Origin: Promethearchaeota archaeon
GTDB taxonomy: Archaea > Asgardarchaeota > Lokiarchaeia > Sigyniarchaeales > SOKP01
Direction: 5' to 3'
Length of the DNA: 64,000 nt
NCBI GenBank assembly: GCA_048939015.1
Contig: JBHLPW010000019.1
Location: 13,765-77,764 of the forward strand
Both the position numbers and the translations under genes were made by a program. Positions within the stretch are counted from its first letter, which is position 1; every line of letters starts with the position of its first letter. The notes under the pieces were generated by a model. The model did not search any database, was not told where the DNA came from, and was given only the letters and a program-made list of their open reading frames with translations. Below, piece by piece: positions 10,420-20,816 of the stretch.

Positions 10420-13245
10420 TTAATCCTTGAAAATTATTTCCTTCCTCCAATACCACATAATACTAATTAAAGATATTAATGCGGTAGTAGTAAGAAAAAT
10501 GAGAAAAAGATCAAAACCAGGGATTACAGATTCGACGGTTTTTATAATGGTTACTTCAGAAAAACCTACATTTCCATTTGTATCACTCGCGTAAAATCGG
10601 AGATTATGAGTACCTCCGGGTAATATATCCCATAGTATTTGATCTATTTGTCCTGAGAGGCCACATGAATGATTTGTTATCCCACCATCAAGAGTATACC
10701 ATATCTCATCTAAAAAATCATCTATGGCAATAACATTAAATGATGGAGCTGTTACACTAAATTCTTCATTTTGATATGGTGAATTTATAATGATTATTGG
10801 ATTTATTTTATCCAACTTTACAGATACGTCATTAGATACTATTAAACCTGCTGAATCATTAATATAAAATGTAATGGTAACAGTATCACTAAGAATTAAA
10901 TCCCAGGCACCCTGATTAATAGTGCTATTAGAGATGAAGAAATATTTAGTTAGTAAAATGTCTAGAGTATACCACATAGAGTCTGGAACCCCAGTATCTA
11001 TTTCGATTATAAAGCCAGGTGCATTCCCTCCTATCATTTGGTTTGCTATAGGTGATATAATGGAAAACGCAGGAGGATCCCACCAGATTGGATAATCATC
11101 CTGTGTACCAGCATTACCTCCAATATTTGTATAAGGAGTGTCTCCAATCCCATCATCATTGGTATCATTACCAACATAATCATCCCAATAATTACCAATA
11201 ATTCCATTATCCCAAACGTTTAATATCCCATTATCTTCAGCATTCACTTGGTTCTCTGTAAAATTATTTCTATAAATTGTATTAAAATTAGTATCATCGT
11301 GCAGAAATATCCCAAACTCATCATTGAATTGAAAGTCATTATCAAAAATGTCATTATCATCACACCATGAAGATAAAAATATCCCACTATCCTTATTTTC
11401 AGAAACCTCATTATCTAAAATGGTATTTTCATTAGCATTTTCTAGACGAATTCCATGTTGCTCATTATTGGAAATATTATTTTTTGCTATATAATGGTAT
11501 AATCCTGTTACTTCTACTCCAGACGCTCGATTATGAGTAATATTGTTATATAATACCACATTCCCAGTATTTGCTATACTTAATCCACTATCAAAATTAT
11601 TTGATATTTTATTATTAGTAATATTATTATAATCTCCACTGACACGTATTCCCCAACGAATGTTATTTTCAAAAATATTTTCTGTAATAATATTTTCATC
11701 TCCATATGCAGATAGACCATTACTTCCGCATTTTGAAAAAGTACACCCTTTAATCAAATTAAATTTGCCATTATAGTAACTCATCCCATTATAATAGCAA
11801 TTTCTAATGTGACAGTAAAAAATCCTGTTATTACTACAATTATCAAAAGATAATCCATTTTGATTACTACTCGATGATATATTAGAAATCGTATTATTAT
11901 TACAGTTGTATGCCATAATTCCGGTATAGCAATTTGAAAGATTTAAATCCCTAATATATGATTTTTCGCATCCCACTAAAATTATCTGACCAGCATTTGT
12001 GAAATTCGAAGAGTTCAATCCCGTTTTTTTAGTATAAAAATACAGTGGTTTTTTATTTACTTTATTTGAAGTATCAATATTATTAAGATGAAGTTGTTTT
12101 GTAACTCCACCGATCCAATAGCCACAGTTAGACAATTTGTTATTTGTTAAATTACATCCTATGTCAAAATATAATGCAATCCCCGCGGAAGGATGATCAG
12201 ATACAATATTATTATTTACAGTTATATTTTTACTATAGCTTACATAAATTGCACTCCTTGTAAAATTTGAGTTTGTTATAGTATTATTTTTGCTTGAATC
12301 TACATAAATTCCTATATTACAATTTGATATGTTTAAATCTGATATCTGGGAATTATTACACTGTATCAGTAATACCTGACCCGCATTAGTAAAATTAACA
12401 GAATTTAAATTTGATTGATTATAATAGAAATAAAGAGATTTATTGTTTACTAAATTTGTGGTTTCTATTGTCGTAGTCTGAGCCCAAACGGGGAATCCCT
12501 CATCATAATAATAAGAAAATCCGCAATCATTTAGCATATTAGATGAAAAATTATTATTAACACCATTCATAATGAAAAGATAGATCCCTGAGCTATTATC
12601 TTGAAAATTGTTCGCATAAATCAAACTATTTGTGACGTCGTTAACCATTTCCAATCCATATCTATTATGTTTAAATGAATTTTCAGAAATAGTGTAATTA
12701 TCTCCCTGACTGATGCCTAATCCTACGTTATTTTCGATAAATTTATTCTGGGTAACAACAAAATCTTGACAATAACTAAAAGATACTCCATTTGAATTAT
12801 TCATGAAAGTATTATTAATGATTCTTCCATATGAATCCCAAATATCAAGTCCTTGACCAGCATTCATAAATGTACAATTTCGGATAATAAAATGTGCATT
12901 TGACTCCATAATCCAGATACATGCTTGTTGTTCATAACCAATCATTGTAATGTTTTCAATCACATATGGATCACTTATAGTTCCAGTTCCAGAACACCAA
13001 TCTTGAGTTGCAGCAGTTGACCAATTTATTGAACCTGGCCAATATGAGGGAGTATCATCAATAATTATGGTTGTATCCTTAAATACCCAGTATCCTGATC
13101 TTTTTAATTGAAAATGAGAAGTCTCTTCTGTAATCTTATCATTATTTAATATTTGTTTATGGAAATCGATTAGATATGTATTTATTAATAAAATTATGAA
13201 TCCAATCATTAAAACATAAATATGCCTTTTTTGCTTGGACTTCAT
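10420..13245 (-). CDS. Cell-surface right-handed beta-helix (NosD/CASH-like) protein with Ig-like domains and Loki-CTERM/PGF-type anchor
   Basis: N-terminal hydrophobic signal; many Asn-rich beta-helix turns; GNYWDDY...DDGIGD; two WYTLD Ig-like repeats; C-terminal IPGF + TM + RK. Confidence 0.88.
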   Translation of the reverse strand: MKSKQKRHIYVLMIGFIILLINTYLIDFHKQILNNDKITEETSHFQLKRSGYWVFKDTTIIIDDTPSYWPGSINWSTAATQDWCSGTGTISDPYVIENITMIGYEQQACIWIMESNAHFIIRNCTFMNAGQGLDIWDSYGRIINNTFMNNSNGVSFSYCQDFVVTQNKFIENNVGLGISQGDNYTISENSFKHNRYGLEMVNDVTNSLIYANNFQDNSSGIYLFIMNGVNNNFSSNMLNDCGFSYYYDEGFPVWAQTTTIETTNLVNNKSLYFYYNQSNLNSVNFTNAGQVLLIQCNNSQISDLNISNCNIGIYVDSSKNNTITNSNFTRSAIYVSYSKNITVNNNIVSDHPSAGIALYFDIGCNLTNNKLSNCGYWIGGVTKQLHLNNIDTSNKVNKKPLYFYTKKTGLNSSNFTNAGQIILVGCEKSYIRDLNLSNCYTGIMAYNCNNNTISNISSSSNQNGLSFDNCSNNRIFYCHIRNCYYNGMSYYNGKFNLIKGCTFSKCGSNGLSAYGDENIITENIFENNIRWGIRVSGDYNNITNNKISNNFDSGLSIANTGNVVLYNNITHNRASGVEVTGLYHYIAKNNISNNEQHGIRLENANENTILDNEVSENKDSGIFLSSWCDDNDIFDNDFQFNDEFGIFLHDDTNFNTIYRNNFTENQVNAEDNGILNVWDNGIIGNYWDDYVGNDTNDDGIGDTPYTNIGGNAGTQDDYPIWWDPPAFSIISPIANQMIGGNAPGFIIEIDTGVPDSMWYTLDILLTKYFFISNSTINQGAWDLILSDTVTITFYINDSAGLIVSNDVSVKLDKINPIIIINSPYQNEEFSVTAPSFNVIAIDDFLDEIWYTLDGGITNHSCGLSGQIDQILWDILPGGTHNLRFYASDTNGNVGFSEVTIIKTVESVIPGFDLFLIFLTTTALISLISIMWYWRKEIIFKD

Positions 13246-13433
13246 TTCAATATACCAACATTCCGTTAGTTAATTGTCATTTGGTTAATATCCTATTTAA
13301 TTGTTATGGATAATTGACTATAATGCAATAGTGGTATTTTGTCTAAATACAATTTAAAAATATCTTCGAATGGAGAATTTAAATATAAAAATGTCATAGT
13401 GGATATTATAAGATCTTAAAAAGCGAAATAATA

Positions 13434-16400
13434 ATGAAGGTAAAAAATAAAATCAAAGTCACATGTGTATCACTCGTAATTCTATCTGTTTTAAATATCT
13501 TCTCATATCAAATCTTCAATAATAGCACAAGTTCTAACAGATTTAGCGAAAAAAATGATAGTTTTGTTTTAAAAATTGCTAATTATTGGAATCTTACAGG
13601 AACACCAATTTATATAGATGATACAGCGGTTGGTACTTATGATTGGGCAACAATTAATGCAACCTACGATTGGTGTAAAGGTTCTGGGACTAAATCAGAT
13701 CCATATATTCTTGAGAATATTATTATTGATGGATTAAATACAGGAAACTGTATTGAGATATGGTATTCAAGCGTCTACTTCATTATTAAAAACTGTACCA
13801 TTTATAATTCTGGTGAATGGGATTGTGGTATGTATTTATATGACGTTTACAATGCCAAAATTCACAACAATACAGTTCATTCCAATTTTGAGGGTATCTT
13901 TTTCCAAGGAGATGGAGATTATAATAATGTTACTAACAATATCGTTAGAGATAATGGCCGTACAGGTATTGTTTTTGAATCCTTTAATGATTATTGTATA
14001 ATTCACAATAATACCGCAATTAATAATAATCAGCATGGAATTGTTCTAAGGCAAGAATGCATAAATAACACAATATCAAATAATTTTGTAAAAGATCATG
14101 TTTATAGCGGGATTCTTATTCAAGGAGGGAGTATTAACAATACTATTATTGAAAATACCGCAGTTAGAAATGCATTTGCAGGGATCTGGGTTTACAATAG
14201 TGATGATAATATCTTTAAAAGAAACAATTTCTCTAATAACATTGGATATGGCGTTGAAATTGAAGAAAGTAATACTAATAAGTTAATCGAGAATACAATT
14301 TATAATAATACTATTTATGGAATAGAATTTTCGTCATATGTATCTAATCGTGCTGAAAAAAATAAAATAATAAATAATAATGTTAGCAGCAATGGTATGG
14401 CAGGAGTTCACCTAGATGCGTATAGTATGAATAATTCAATTTTTCTAAATAATTTTATTGACAATAATATAAATGGTTATGATGAAGGTACCAATAATAC
14501 CAATAAATGGGATAATAGTATAATCGGAAACTATTGGGATGATTATCCAGGAGTAGATGACAATGATGATGGGATTGGAGATGCTCCATACGCAGATATA
14601 GGGGGGACAGTTGGCGCTCAAGACAACTTTCCTATTTGGTGGGATGCACCGAGGTTTTCCATTGTTTCACCATTATCAAGCGAGCAATTTGGGGATGTAG
14701 CTCCATCATATACCCTTTCATTGGATGGTGGATATAATGATACAATGTGGTACACATTAGACAATGGTATAACTAATCAAACCTTCACAGCTCTTATTGG
14801 AACAATAAATCAGAGTTTATGGAATAATACCGCAATAGGTTCTGTAACAATTAGATTTTATATGAGTGATATTCGAGGATTTACATCATATAAACAAGTT
14901 TTTATAGAAAAAATACGTTTTGAGACTTATTGGTATCTTGATCCTTTTGTAATCGATGATACGGGGGGAGGAGATTATACATGGATGGAAGCAGTCTCAC
15001 AAGATTGGTGTTCGGGAAATGGAACTTTAACGGATCCTTATATAATTGATTATATAAGAATTGACGGACAAAATTCAAGTAATTGTTTAACCATTCAAAA
15101 TTCGAATGCAACTTTTGTTATCAGCAATAGTTCTTTTTATTACTCAAGTGATGGAACCTTTGATGGAGGAATTGTACTAGATCATGTAATGAATGGATTA
15201 ATTATCGATTGCAATTCTTCATTCAATAAAGGGAATGGTATTGTTTTGAGTTATTGTCAATATATTATTATAACAAGAAACTCAATAAATTCAAATAATA
15301 AAAGCGGGATTTTTCTTTTCTATAGTGACCATAATTTGATTTTTAATAACGTTGAAACCATTAATAATAACACAATTAATGGAATCCTATTACTGTATAG
15401 TGATTACAATAATATTACCAATAACATTATTAATAACAATGCTGTGGGGGTATATATTCAAGAATCGAATTATAATAATATTACTGATAATGATCTTATT
15501 AATAATCTTATACCTTATAATCTTATAAGTGGATTAGAAAATATAATAGAAGATTTTTCATTTCCAAAGGGACCAGGAGGTAAATTCCCTTTTGAGATTA
15601 TTTTAATAATTCTGATTATTGCAATAAGTGCTATTGGAATTACAGGTAGTGCCTTAATCATAAAAAAGAGAAGATCATTTGCGGGAGTTAAGAAAAAAGA
15701 AATAAGTGAGAAAAAAAGGGAAAAAATAAGAAAAAAACTTGAAACTAAATTAGAATTTGCAGATTATCTCATAAGAGAAAGGCAAATTGATTTAGCGTAC
15801 AAAAACTTAGGAAAAATTCAAGATATAGCGGATATGTATGATTTTTTTGATATTTTTAATAAAGCTATTGAAAGAGTGGAACAATGTAAAGAAATCCAAG
15901 GAATTGCTAAACCCATTATAAGTGAAGAGATTAGTAAAACTGAAAAAAGAATGAAAGAAGAGACTATAGTTCCTCCTATGATAACAAGAGACGAAGAAAA
16001 GAAATATAATCTATTTATTAGTTATTCTACTGTTGACAGGGATTATTTTCAAATAAAAAAAATAGTAAAAGAACTAAAAAAGTTTCCAAAAATCAACCAA
16101 GTTTCATATTGGGAAAGAGACAGCAAAGCAAACATTGTAGAGTTCATGGATGAAACGTTAGAAGTAAGCAATACTTTCTTACTCTTTTGCAGTGAAAATT
16201 CGATAAAATCTAATGCCGTAAAAGATGAATGGCAAGCAGCCTTCCAAATGAGAAAACAAGGTTTAATTAAACTGATTCCGATATATGAAGAACAAAAACA
16301 CATTCCAAAAATACTATGGCACCTACTCAATGTCAAATATGAAAAAGACAATTTTAAGGGCTTTATTGAAAATCTCTATAAGGAAATTTTAAGAGAATAA
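13434..16400 (+). CDS. Single-pass membrane protein: extracellular beta-helix/Ig-like domains, TM, cytoplasmic helical linker and TIR domain
   Basis: Signal-like N-terminus; two beta-helix modules; TM at ~15585-15662 followed by KKRR; C-terminal LFISYS...FLLFCSENSIKSNAVKDEWQAA...LIPI (TIR_2-like, ~16005-16397). Confidence 0.88.
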   Translation: MKVKNKIKVTCVSLVILSVLNIFSYQIFNNSTSSNRFSEKNDSFVLKIANYWNLTGTPIYIDDTAVGTYDWATINATYDWCKGSGTKSDPYILENIIIDGLNTGNCIEIWYSSVYFIIKNCTIYNSGEWDCGMYLYDVYNAKIHNNTVHSNFEGIFFQGDGDYNNVTNNIVRDNGRTGIVFESFNDYCIIHNNTAINNNQHGIVLRQECINNTISNNFVKDHVYSGILIQGGSINNTIIENTAVRNAFAGIWVYNSDDNIFKRNNFSNNIGYGVEIEESNTNKLIENTIYNNTIYGIEFSSYVSNRAEKNKIINNNVSSNGMAGVHLDAYSMNNSIFLNNFIDNNINGYDEGTNNTNKWDNSIIGNYWDDYPGVDDNDDGIGDAPYADIGGTVGAQDNFPIWWDAPRFSIVSPLSSEQFGDVAPSYTLSLDGGYNDTMWYTLDNGITNQTFTALIGTINQSLWNNTAIGSVTIRFYMSDIRGFTSYKQVFIEKIRFETYWYLDPFVIDDTGGGDYTWMEAVSQDWCSGNGTLTDPYIIDYIRIDGQNSSNCLTIQNSNATFVISNSSFYYSSDGTFDGGIVLDHVMNGLIIDCNSSFNKGNGIVLSYCQYIIITRNSINSNNKSGIFLFYSDHNLIFNNVETINNNTINGILLLYSDYNNITNNIINNNAVGVYIQESNYNNITDNDLINNLIPYNLISGLENIIEDFSFPKGPGGKFPFEIILIILIIAISAIGITGSALIIKKRRSFAGVKKKEISEKKREKIRKKLETKLEFADYLIRERQIDLAYKNLGKIQDIADMYDFFDIFNKAIERVEQCKEIQGIAKPIISEEISKTEKRMKEETIVPPMITRDEEKKYNLFISYSTVDRDYFQIKKIVKELKKFPKINQVSYWERDSKANIVEFMDETLEVSNTFLLFCSENSIKSNAVKDEWQAAFQMRKQGLIKLIPIYEEQKHIPKILWHLLNVKYEKDNFKGFIENLYKEILRE

Positions 16401-16534
16401 TAGAATCAATCCAATTATTTCTATTTTTTTTATTTTTTGTATTAGATTACATTTTTAATATTGAAATATTAAAGTTATTAGGTACATATTTAATGGAATA
16501 AATAATTATCAAAAATCTAATGAGAAACTAAGAA

Positions 16535-16609
16535 GGCCCGGTAGTCTAGTATGGATAGGGCGCTGGCTTGCGGAGCCAGATATCGAGGGTTCAAATCCCC
16601 CCCGGGCCA
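16535..16609 (+). tRNA. tRNA-Arg (anticodon GCG)
   Basis: Acceptor stem GGCCCGG/CCGGGCC-A; anticodon arm CTGGC-TT-GCG-GA-GCCAG; T arm GAGGG-TTCAAAT-CCCCC; no intron. Confidence 0.95.
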
Positions 16610-16642
16610 TACATTTAAACTCTTCGAGCCTTTTCCTTGAAT

Positions 16643-17413
16643 CTATTCAATATATTTTAAAATTTCTGAAATATTACTGATCTTCCTAAGATTTAATACA
16701 TCAATTTCTTTTTCAAAAGGAAATTTATATTTTCTCTCTAATAAAATTGATTGTAAGTTCGCTCTTTGAGCTCCAATTATATCAGCATATTCATCTCCAC
16801 ATACTAAAACTGAATTAGGAAATTTTTCTAGCCCTATTTTCTTAACTGTATGAAAAAAAATACTTGGATCTGGTTTTCTTTTTCCAAATTTAGCGGATGT
16901 AGTTATATAGTTAAAATATTTTAATAAATCATGTTTTTTTAGCACATTTTTTATTGTTTTATGATTTGGATGATTAGAGATTAAGGCAATTTTTAGATTT
17001 CTGATAGTTAATTCAGCTAATGTCTCTTTAGTGTTTTCAAAGGGTTCCCATTGTTCCTCTTCACAGGAATGATATAATTCGGCTAATTCTTCATAGGCTA
17101 TATCAGTTAACAAATCTAAATTTTTAATAATTTCCTCCTTTTCAAGTGATTCTAGAACGTCTTGAAAGATCATACTCGTAGGAAATTCATTTTTTGTTTT
17201 AATGCTTTTTCTAAAGAAATATTGCCTTTGTTTACTAAATTTATTTATGAAAGCTTCATTTGTCAAAGTTTCATTCCAAACTTGTTTCTCTTTTAAAACC
17301 CAGATTGATTTTAGTAATCCTTTCTTAAAACATTCATAATACTTCTCAACAGAAGGATTATCAAAATAAAATAATGTAAAGCCAAAATCAAAAATTACTC
17401 CTTTAATCACCAT
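16643..17413 (-). CDS. HAD-family hydrolase
   Basis: FDFGFTL, ISN, KPDPSIF, GDEYADIIGA. Confidence 0.85.
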   Translation of the reverse strand: MVIKGVIFDFGFTLFYFDNPSVEKYYECFKKGLLKSIWVLKEKQVWNETLTNEAFINKFSKQRQYFFRKSIKTKNEFPTSMIFQDVLESLEKEEIIKNLDLLTDIAYEELAELYHSCEEEQWEPFENTKETLAELTIRNLKIALISNHPNHKTIKNVLKKHDLLKYFNYITTSAKFGKRKPDPSIFFHTVKKIGLEKFPNSVLVCGDEYADIIGAQRANLQSILLERKYKFPFEKEIDVLNLRKISNISEILKYIE

Positions 17414-17540
17414 CGTGCTAATTATAATGAAAAATGATTCTTAATTTTAATTTAACCAAATTAAAATGTAAGTATGAAATCTTTCGTTTCTGTTAAATAC
17501 TTAATAAAAAACAAATTATTAACATAGGAATTTAATACTA

Positions 17541-18080
17541 GTGAGGAGTAAAATGTCAATTGAAAAATGGCTTTCTGACAAAGATAATAAAGAGGAGAGA
17601 ATGAAAAGAGAAGCCGCATTTAAGCGCTTAACTAAGGACGAGGTCCAAGATTTAAAAAAAAAGAAAATTCGAGATATAGTGAAGAAAGAAAGCCAAAAAT
17701 CAAGTGATGAATCGGGGGAAGATAAGATATTAAGTAAAGTTCTTGAATTTAAAGAATGGCTAAATAAGAGAACATATTTAAAAGGAGATATTGATAAAAT
17801 TGAAACTTGGATTAGAAATTTATCATCAATGCTTGGCGCAGAGATTGAACAAAAGCCAATTAAAAGTGATGAAAAGAAGGAATTGATTAAAAATTATAAG
17901 GCAATTCCCCCCAAGTTTCTAGATGAGAAAACTAGAGTTGCTATAAATAAAAAAATTTATGGCACAACAAGAACTAGTTCAGATAACTACTATTTGAGAA
18001 AGTTGAAAAATATAATTCAAGAAAAACTAAAAGAAGGAGAATATTACGAGATTTTAGATAAAATAATTAAAAAATTCTGA
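17541..18080 (+). CDS. Hypothetical charged helical protein
   Basis: 179-aa ORF with no recognised motif. Confidence 0.65.
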   Translation: MRSKMSIEKWLSDKDNKEERMKREAAFKRLTKDEVQDLKKKKIRDIVKKESQKSSDESGEDKILSKVLEFKEWLNKRTYLKGDIDKIETWIRNLSSMLGAEIEQKPIKSDEKKELIKNYKAIPPKFLDEKTRVAINKKIYGTTRTSSDNYYLRKLKNIIQEKLKEGEYYEILDKIIKKF

Positions 18081-18166
18081 CATAACCTATAAAATTCAAA
18101 ATACTTTTTATTTTACCGATTTTTATAATTTTATATTAAGAATTAGACAGCTTTTGAATCTATTAA

Positions 18167-19255
18167 ATGTGGCTTATCTGTCCTATAGCTGGAGTGGGTA
18201 AAAGACTACAACCTTTTACATATTCTAAGCCGAAAGCATTTTTGAAAATAGCGGGAAAAAGATTAATTGATCATATTCTTCTAAAATTAAAAAACTCATT
18301 TCCTAAAGGAACAGATATTTGTTTTATTGTTGGGTATAAAAAACGACAAATAACGGAATATCTTAAAAAAGTTCATTCGGATTACTTTAAACTGCATTTT
18401 ATTGAGCAAGAACCACTAGGATACGAAGCAGATGTCCCATTTTTTAGTGGTCTTGGAGATGCTATTCTATTAGCAAAAGATCTTGCCCAAAATGATGATT
18501 GTTTCATATTTTTGAGTGACAGGCTTCCCATCGAAGATTATTCACAAATCTTGTTGAATTTTCATCAGGATATCTGTGATGGTGTCGTAAATGTTAAACA
18601 GGTTGATAATCCACAATATTACGGTGTAATTGAATTAGATGATAATGGAACTGTTAAGAATATCGTGGAAAAACCAAAACACCCTAAATCGAATTATGCT
18701 GTATCAGGAGCTTATTTGTTTGGAATGAGTATGATCGCTCGTTTATTTGAATTATTAGAGGAACAAAGTAAAGTTATACTTGAAAATGGACAGGAGCATC
18801 AATTAACTCCTATCGTTCAGCAATTAATCGAAGAAGGTTTTAAATTAAAAATTAATGAAATGAAGGGCGATATATTAGATTTTGGTCGCCCTGAAACTTT
18901 AATTGCAGGAAATCGTTTACTTTTAGGGGAAATAAAGGTCCAAGATCCTACATATGAAAAATTATTCCAATCGAATAATATAGTCGATTCTAAAATTGTT
19001 CCACCTGTATTTATAGGAAAAAATACAAAAATAACTGATTCCGTCATTGGACCAAATGTATCTATTGGTGATGACGTAGTTATAGAGAAATGTATATTAT
19101 CAGAATCAGTAATAGGTGATGGAGCAAATTTGAAAAAAATTATATCTTCAGAGAGTATTGTCGGAGATTATTCAATATTAGAAGATTTAATCAAGAAAAG
19201 CATTACTATAGGAGATTCTTCTTATATTACCACTTCAAATATGAAGTCATTTTAA
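18167..19255 (+). CDS. Sugar-phosphate nucleotidyltransferase with C-terminal left-handed beta-helix (RmlA-long type)
   Basis: AGVGKRLQPFTYSKPK, GLGDA, IVEKP, DFGRPE, hexapeptide repeats. Confidence 0.88.
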   Translation: MWLICPIAGVGKRLQPFTYSKPKAFLKIAGKRLIDHILLKLKNSFPKGTDICFIVGYKKRQITEYLKKVHSDYFKLHFIEQEPLGYEADVPFFSGLGDAILLAKDLAQNDDCFIFLSDRLPIEDYSQILLNFHQDICDGVVNVKQVDNPQYYGVIELDDNGTVKNIVEKPKHPKSNYAVSGAYLFGMSMIARLFELLEEQSKVILENGQEHQLTPIVQQLIEEGFKLKINEMKGDILDFGRPETLIAGNRLLLGEIKVQDPTYEKLFQSNNIVDSKIVPPVFIGKNTKITDSVIGPNVSIGDDVVIEKCILSESVIGDGANLKKIISSESIVGDYSILEDLIKKSITIGDSSYITTSNMKSF

Positions 19256-19293
19256 TTATAAAAAAAAAATAATTAGAATAATTTTGACTTGGA

Positions 19294-20724
19294 TTATTCA
19301 AATTTAGGTCTTATATCTTGCCAGGGTGCAATTTCTTCAAATGCTTGAGACACTTGTAGCACCAGTAGATCTTTAAATCTATTTCCAACAATTTGCATAC
19401 CTATTGGTAAACCTTCACTTGACCATCCACACGGAACAGATGCCGCAGGATGACCTGTTATGTTGAATGGGAAAGAGAATGGCATCCATGCTGTCGGGGA
19501 TACATTTTCTCCATTGATTTTTGGTGGAAACATAATTCCTAGTTCAAAAGGAGGTATAGCTATTGTTGGAGTTATTAGAATATCATAGCTTTTAAAGAAT
19601 TTATAAAAAGTTTCATAAATTTTGGTACGTTGGCTCATAGCTCTCATTATATCAATACCAGAATAGCTTAAGCCTGCTTTTACCATTTTTACTAATTCGG
19701 GATCGATCTTTTCTTCCCATTCCTTGAATTTAGGCTTTAAATCAAAAGCATAATCAGCTGTATAGAGTATATAAAAAGGTACTTCTGGCTTTCTCATTTT
19801 AAAGCTTGCTTTTTCAACAGTCCAACCGAGTTGGGCAAATTTTTCAGCAGAATTAATTATGTTTTTCTCAACTTCTGGGTCAATCACTTTTGCATATCCT
19901 AAATCAATAGTATATCCAATTTTTAAATTATTCGGTTTTTCAGAAACGAAATCAGAATATTTAATGTTTTCCTCTGGCAGACTGTACCGATCTCCATCAT
20001 GAGGTCCTTTTATTGCATCTAACATTAACGCTGCATCTCTTACGTATCTTACTATAGGACCTACATGAACGTAGGATTCAGCATGAAGTTCTATTCTAGG
20101 ATAGACTGGAACTCTCCCAAAACTTGTTTTATGCCCGAATACTCCACAACAACCAGCAGGGATCCTTACTGACCCTCCACCATCATTTCCTAATGCTAAA
20201 GGTCCTAAACCTGATGCTACAGCGGCAGCTCCCCCACCAGTAGAACCTCCAGGAATTCTGTCAGTTTTCCAAGGATTCCGTGTTTTACCAAATATAGAAT
20301 TATGTGTTACACCAGCATATCCAAATTCAGGTGTATTCGTTTTTCCAAGAAGTACAATTCCAGCATTTTTCAATCGATTTACAGCTACGTCGTCTCGCTG
20401 AGGAACATTGTGTTCATAAATCAAACTGCCGAAAGTAGTTCTAATATCTTTAGTTAAGAATAAATCTTTGATAGAAGTGGGAATTCCATGTAATATACCT
20501 AATTTTTCACCACTTATAACAGCCTTATCAGCTTTTTTTGCCATTTCCCTTGCGAGATCGAAAGTTGGAGTGCAATATGCATTAATAATTGGATTAATTT
20601 TTTCAATCCTTTCAATTATTATATCAGTAATTTCTTGTGAAGTTAATTCTTGTCGTATTATAGCATCCTTCATATCATAGGCAGACATGAAACAAATATC
20701 TTCTTTATTTATTTTTATCACCAC
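19294..20724 (-). CDS. Amidase signature family enzyme (paralog 1)
   Basis: SIKD, GKTNTPEF, PGGSTGG, GNDGGGSVRIPA, GLPIGMQIVG. Confidence 0.92.
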   Translation of the reverse strand: MVIKINKEDICFMSAYDMKDAIIRQELTSQEITDIIIERIEKINPIINAYCTPTFDLAREMAKKADKAVISGEKLGILHGIPTSIKDLFLTKDIRTTFGSLIYEHNVPQRDDVAVNRLKNAGIVLLGKTNTPEFGYAGVTHNSIFGKTRNPWKTDRIPGGSTGGGAAAVASGLGPLALGNDGGGSVRIPAGCCGVFGHKTSFGRVPVYPRIELHAESYVHVGPIVRYVRDAALMLDAIKGPHDGDRYSLPEENIKYSDFVSEKPNNLKIGYTIDLGYAKVIDPEVEKNIINSAEKFAQLGWTVEKASFKMRKPEVPFYILYTADYAFDLKPKFKEWEEKIDPELVKMVKAGLSYSGIDIMRAMSQRTKIYETFYKFFKSYDILITPTIAIPPFELGIMFPPKINGENVSPTAWMPFSFPFNITGHPAASVPCGWSSEGLPIGMQIVGNRFKDLLVLQVSQAFEEIAPWQDIRPKFE

Positions 20725-20816
20725 ATGTTTATACTAAAAAATGTAATAATATAGAATGTGATTTAGAAAAATTTAAATGATCACAAAATAAAGGGAATGC
20801 TATAAGCTGGACAAAT

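Noticed and set aside
10420-15560. Asn-rich repeats as a CRISPR array or a DGR variable region
   Set aside because: The repeats are protein-level beta-helix turns. There are no identical spaced nucleotide repeats, no reverse transcriptase and no adenine-specific template/variable pair.
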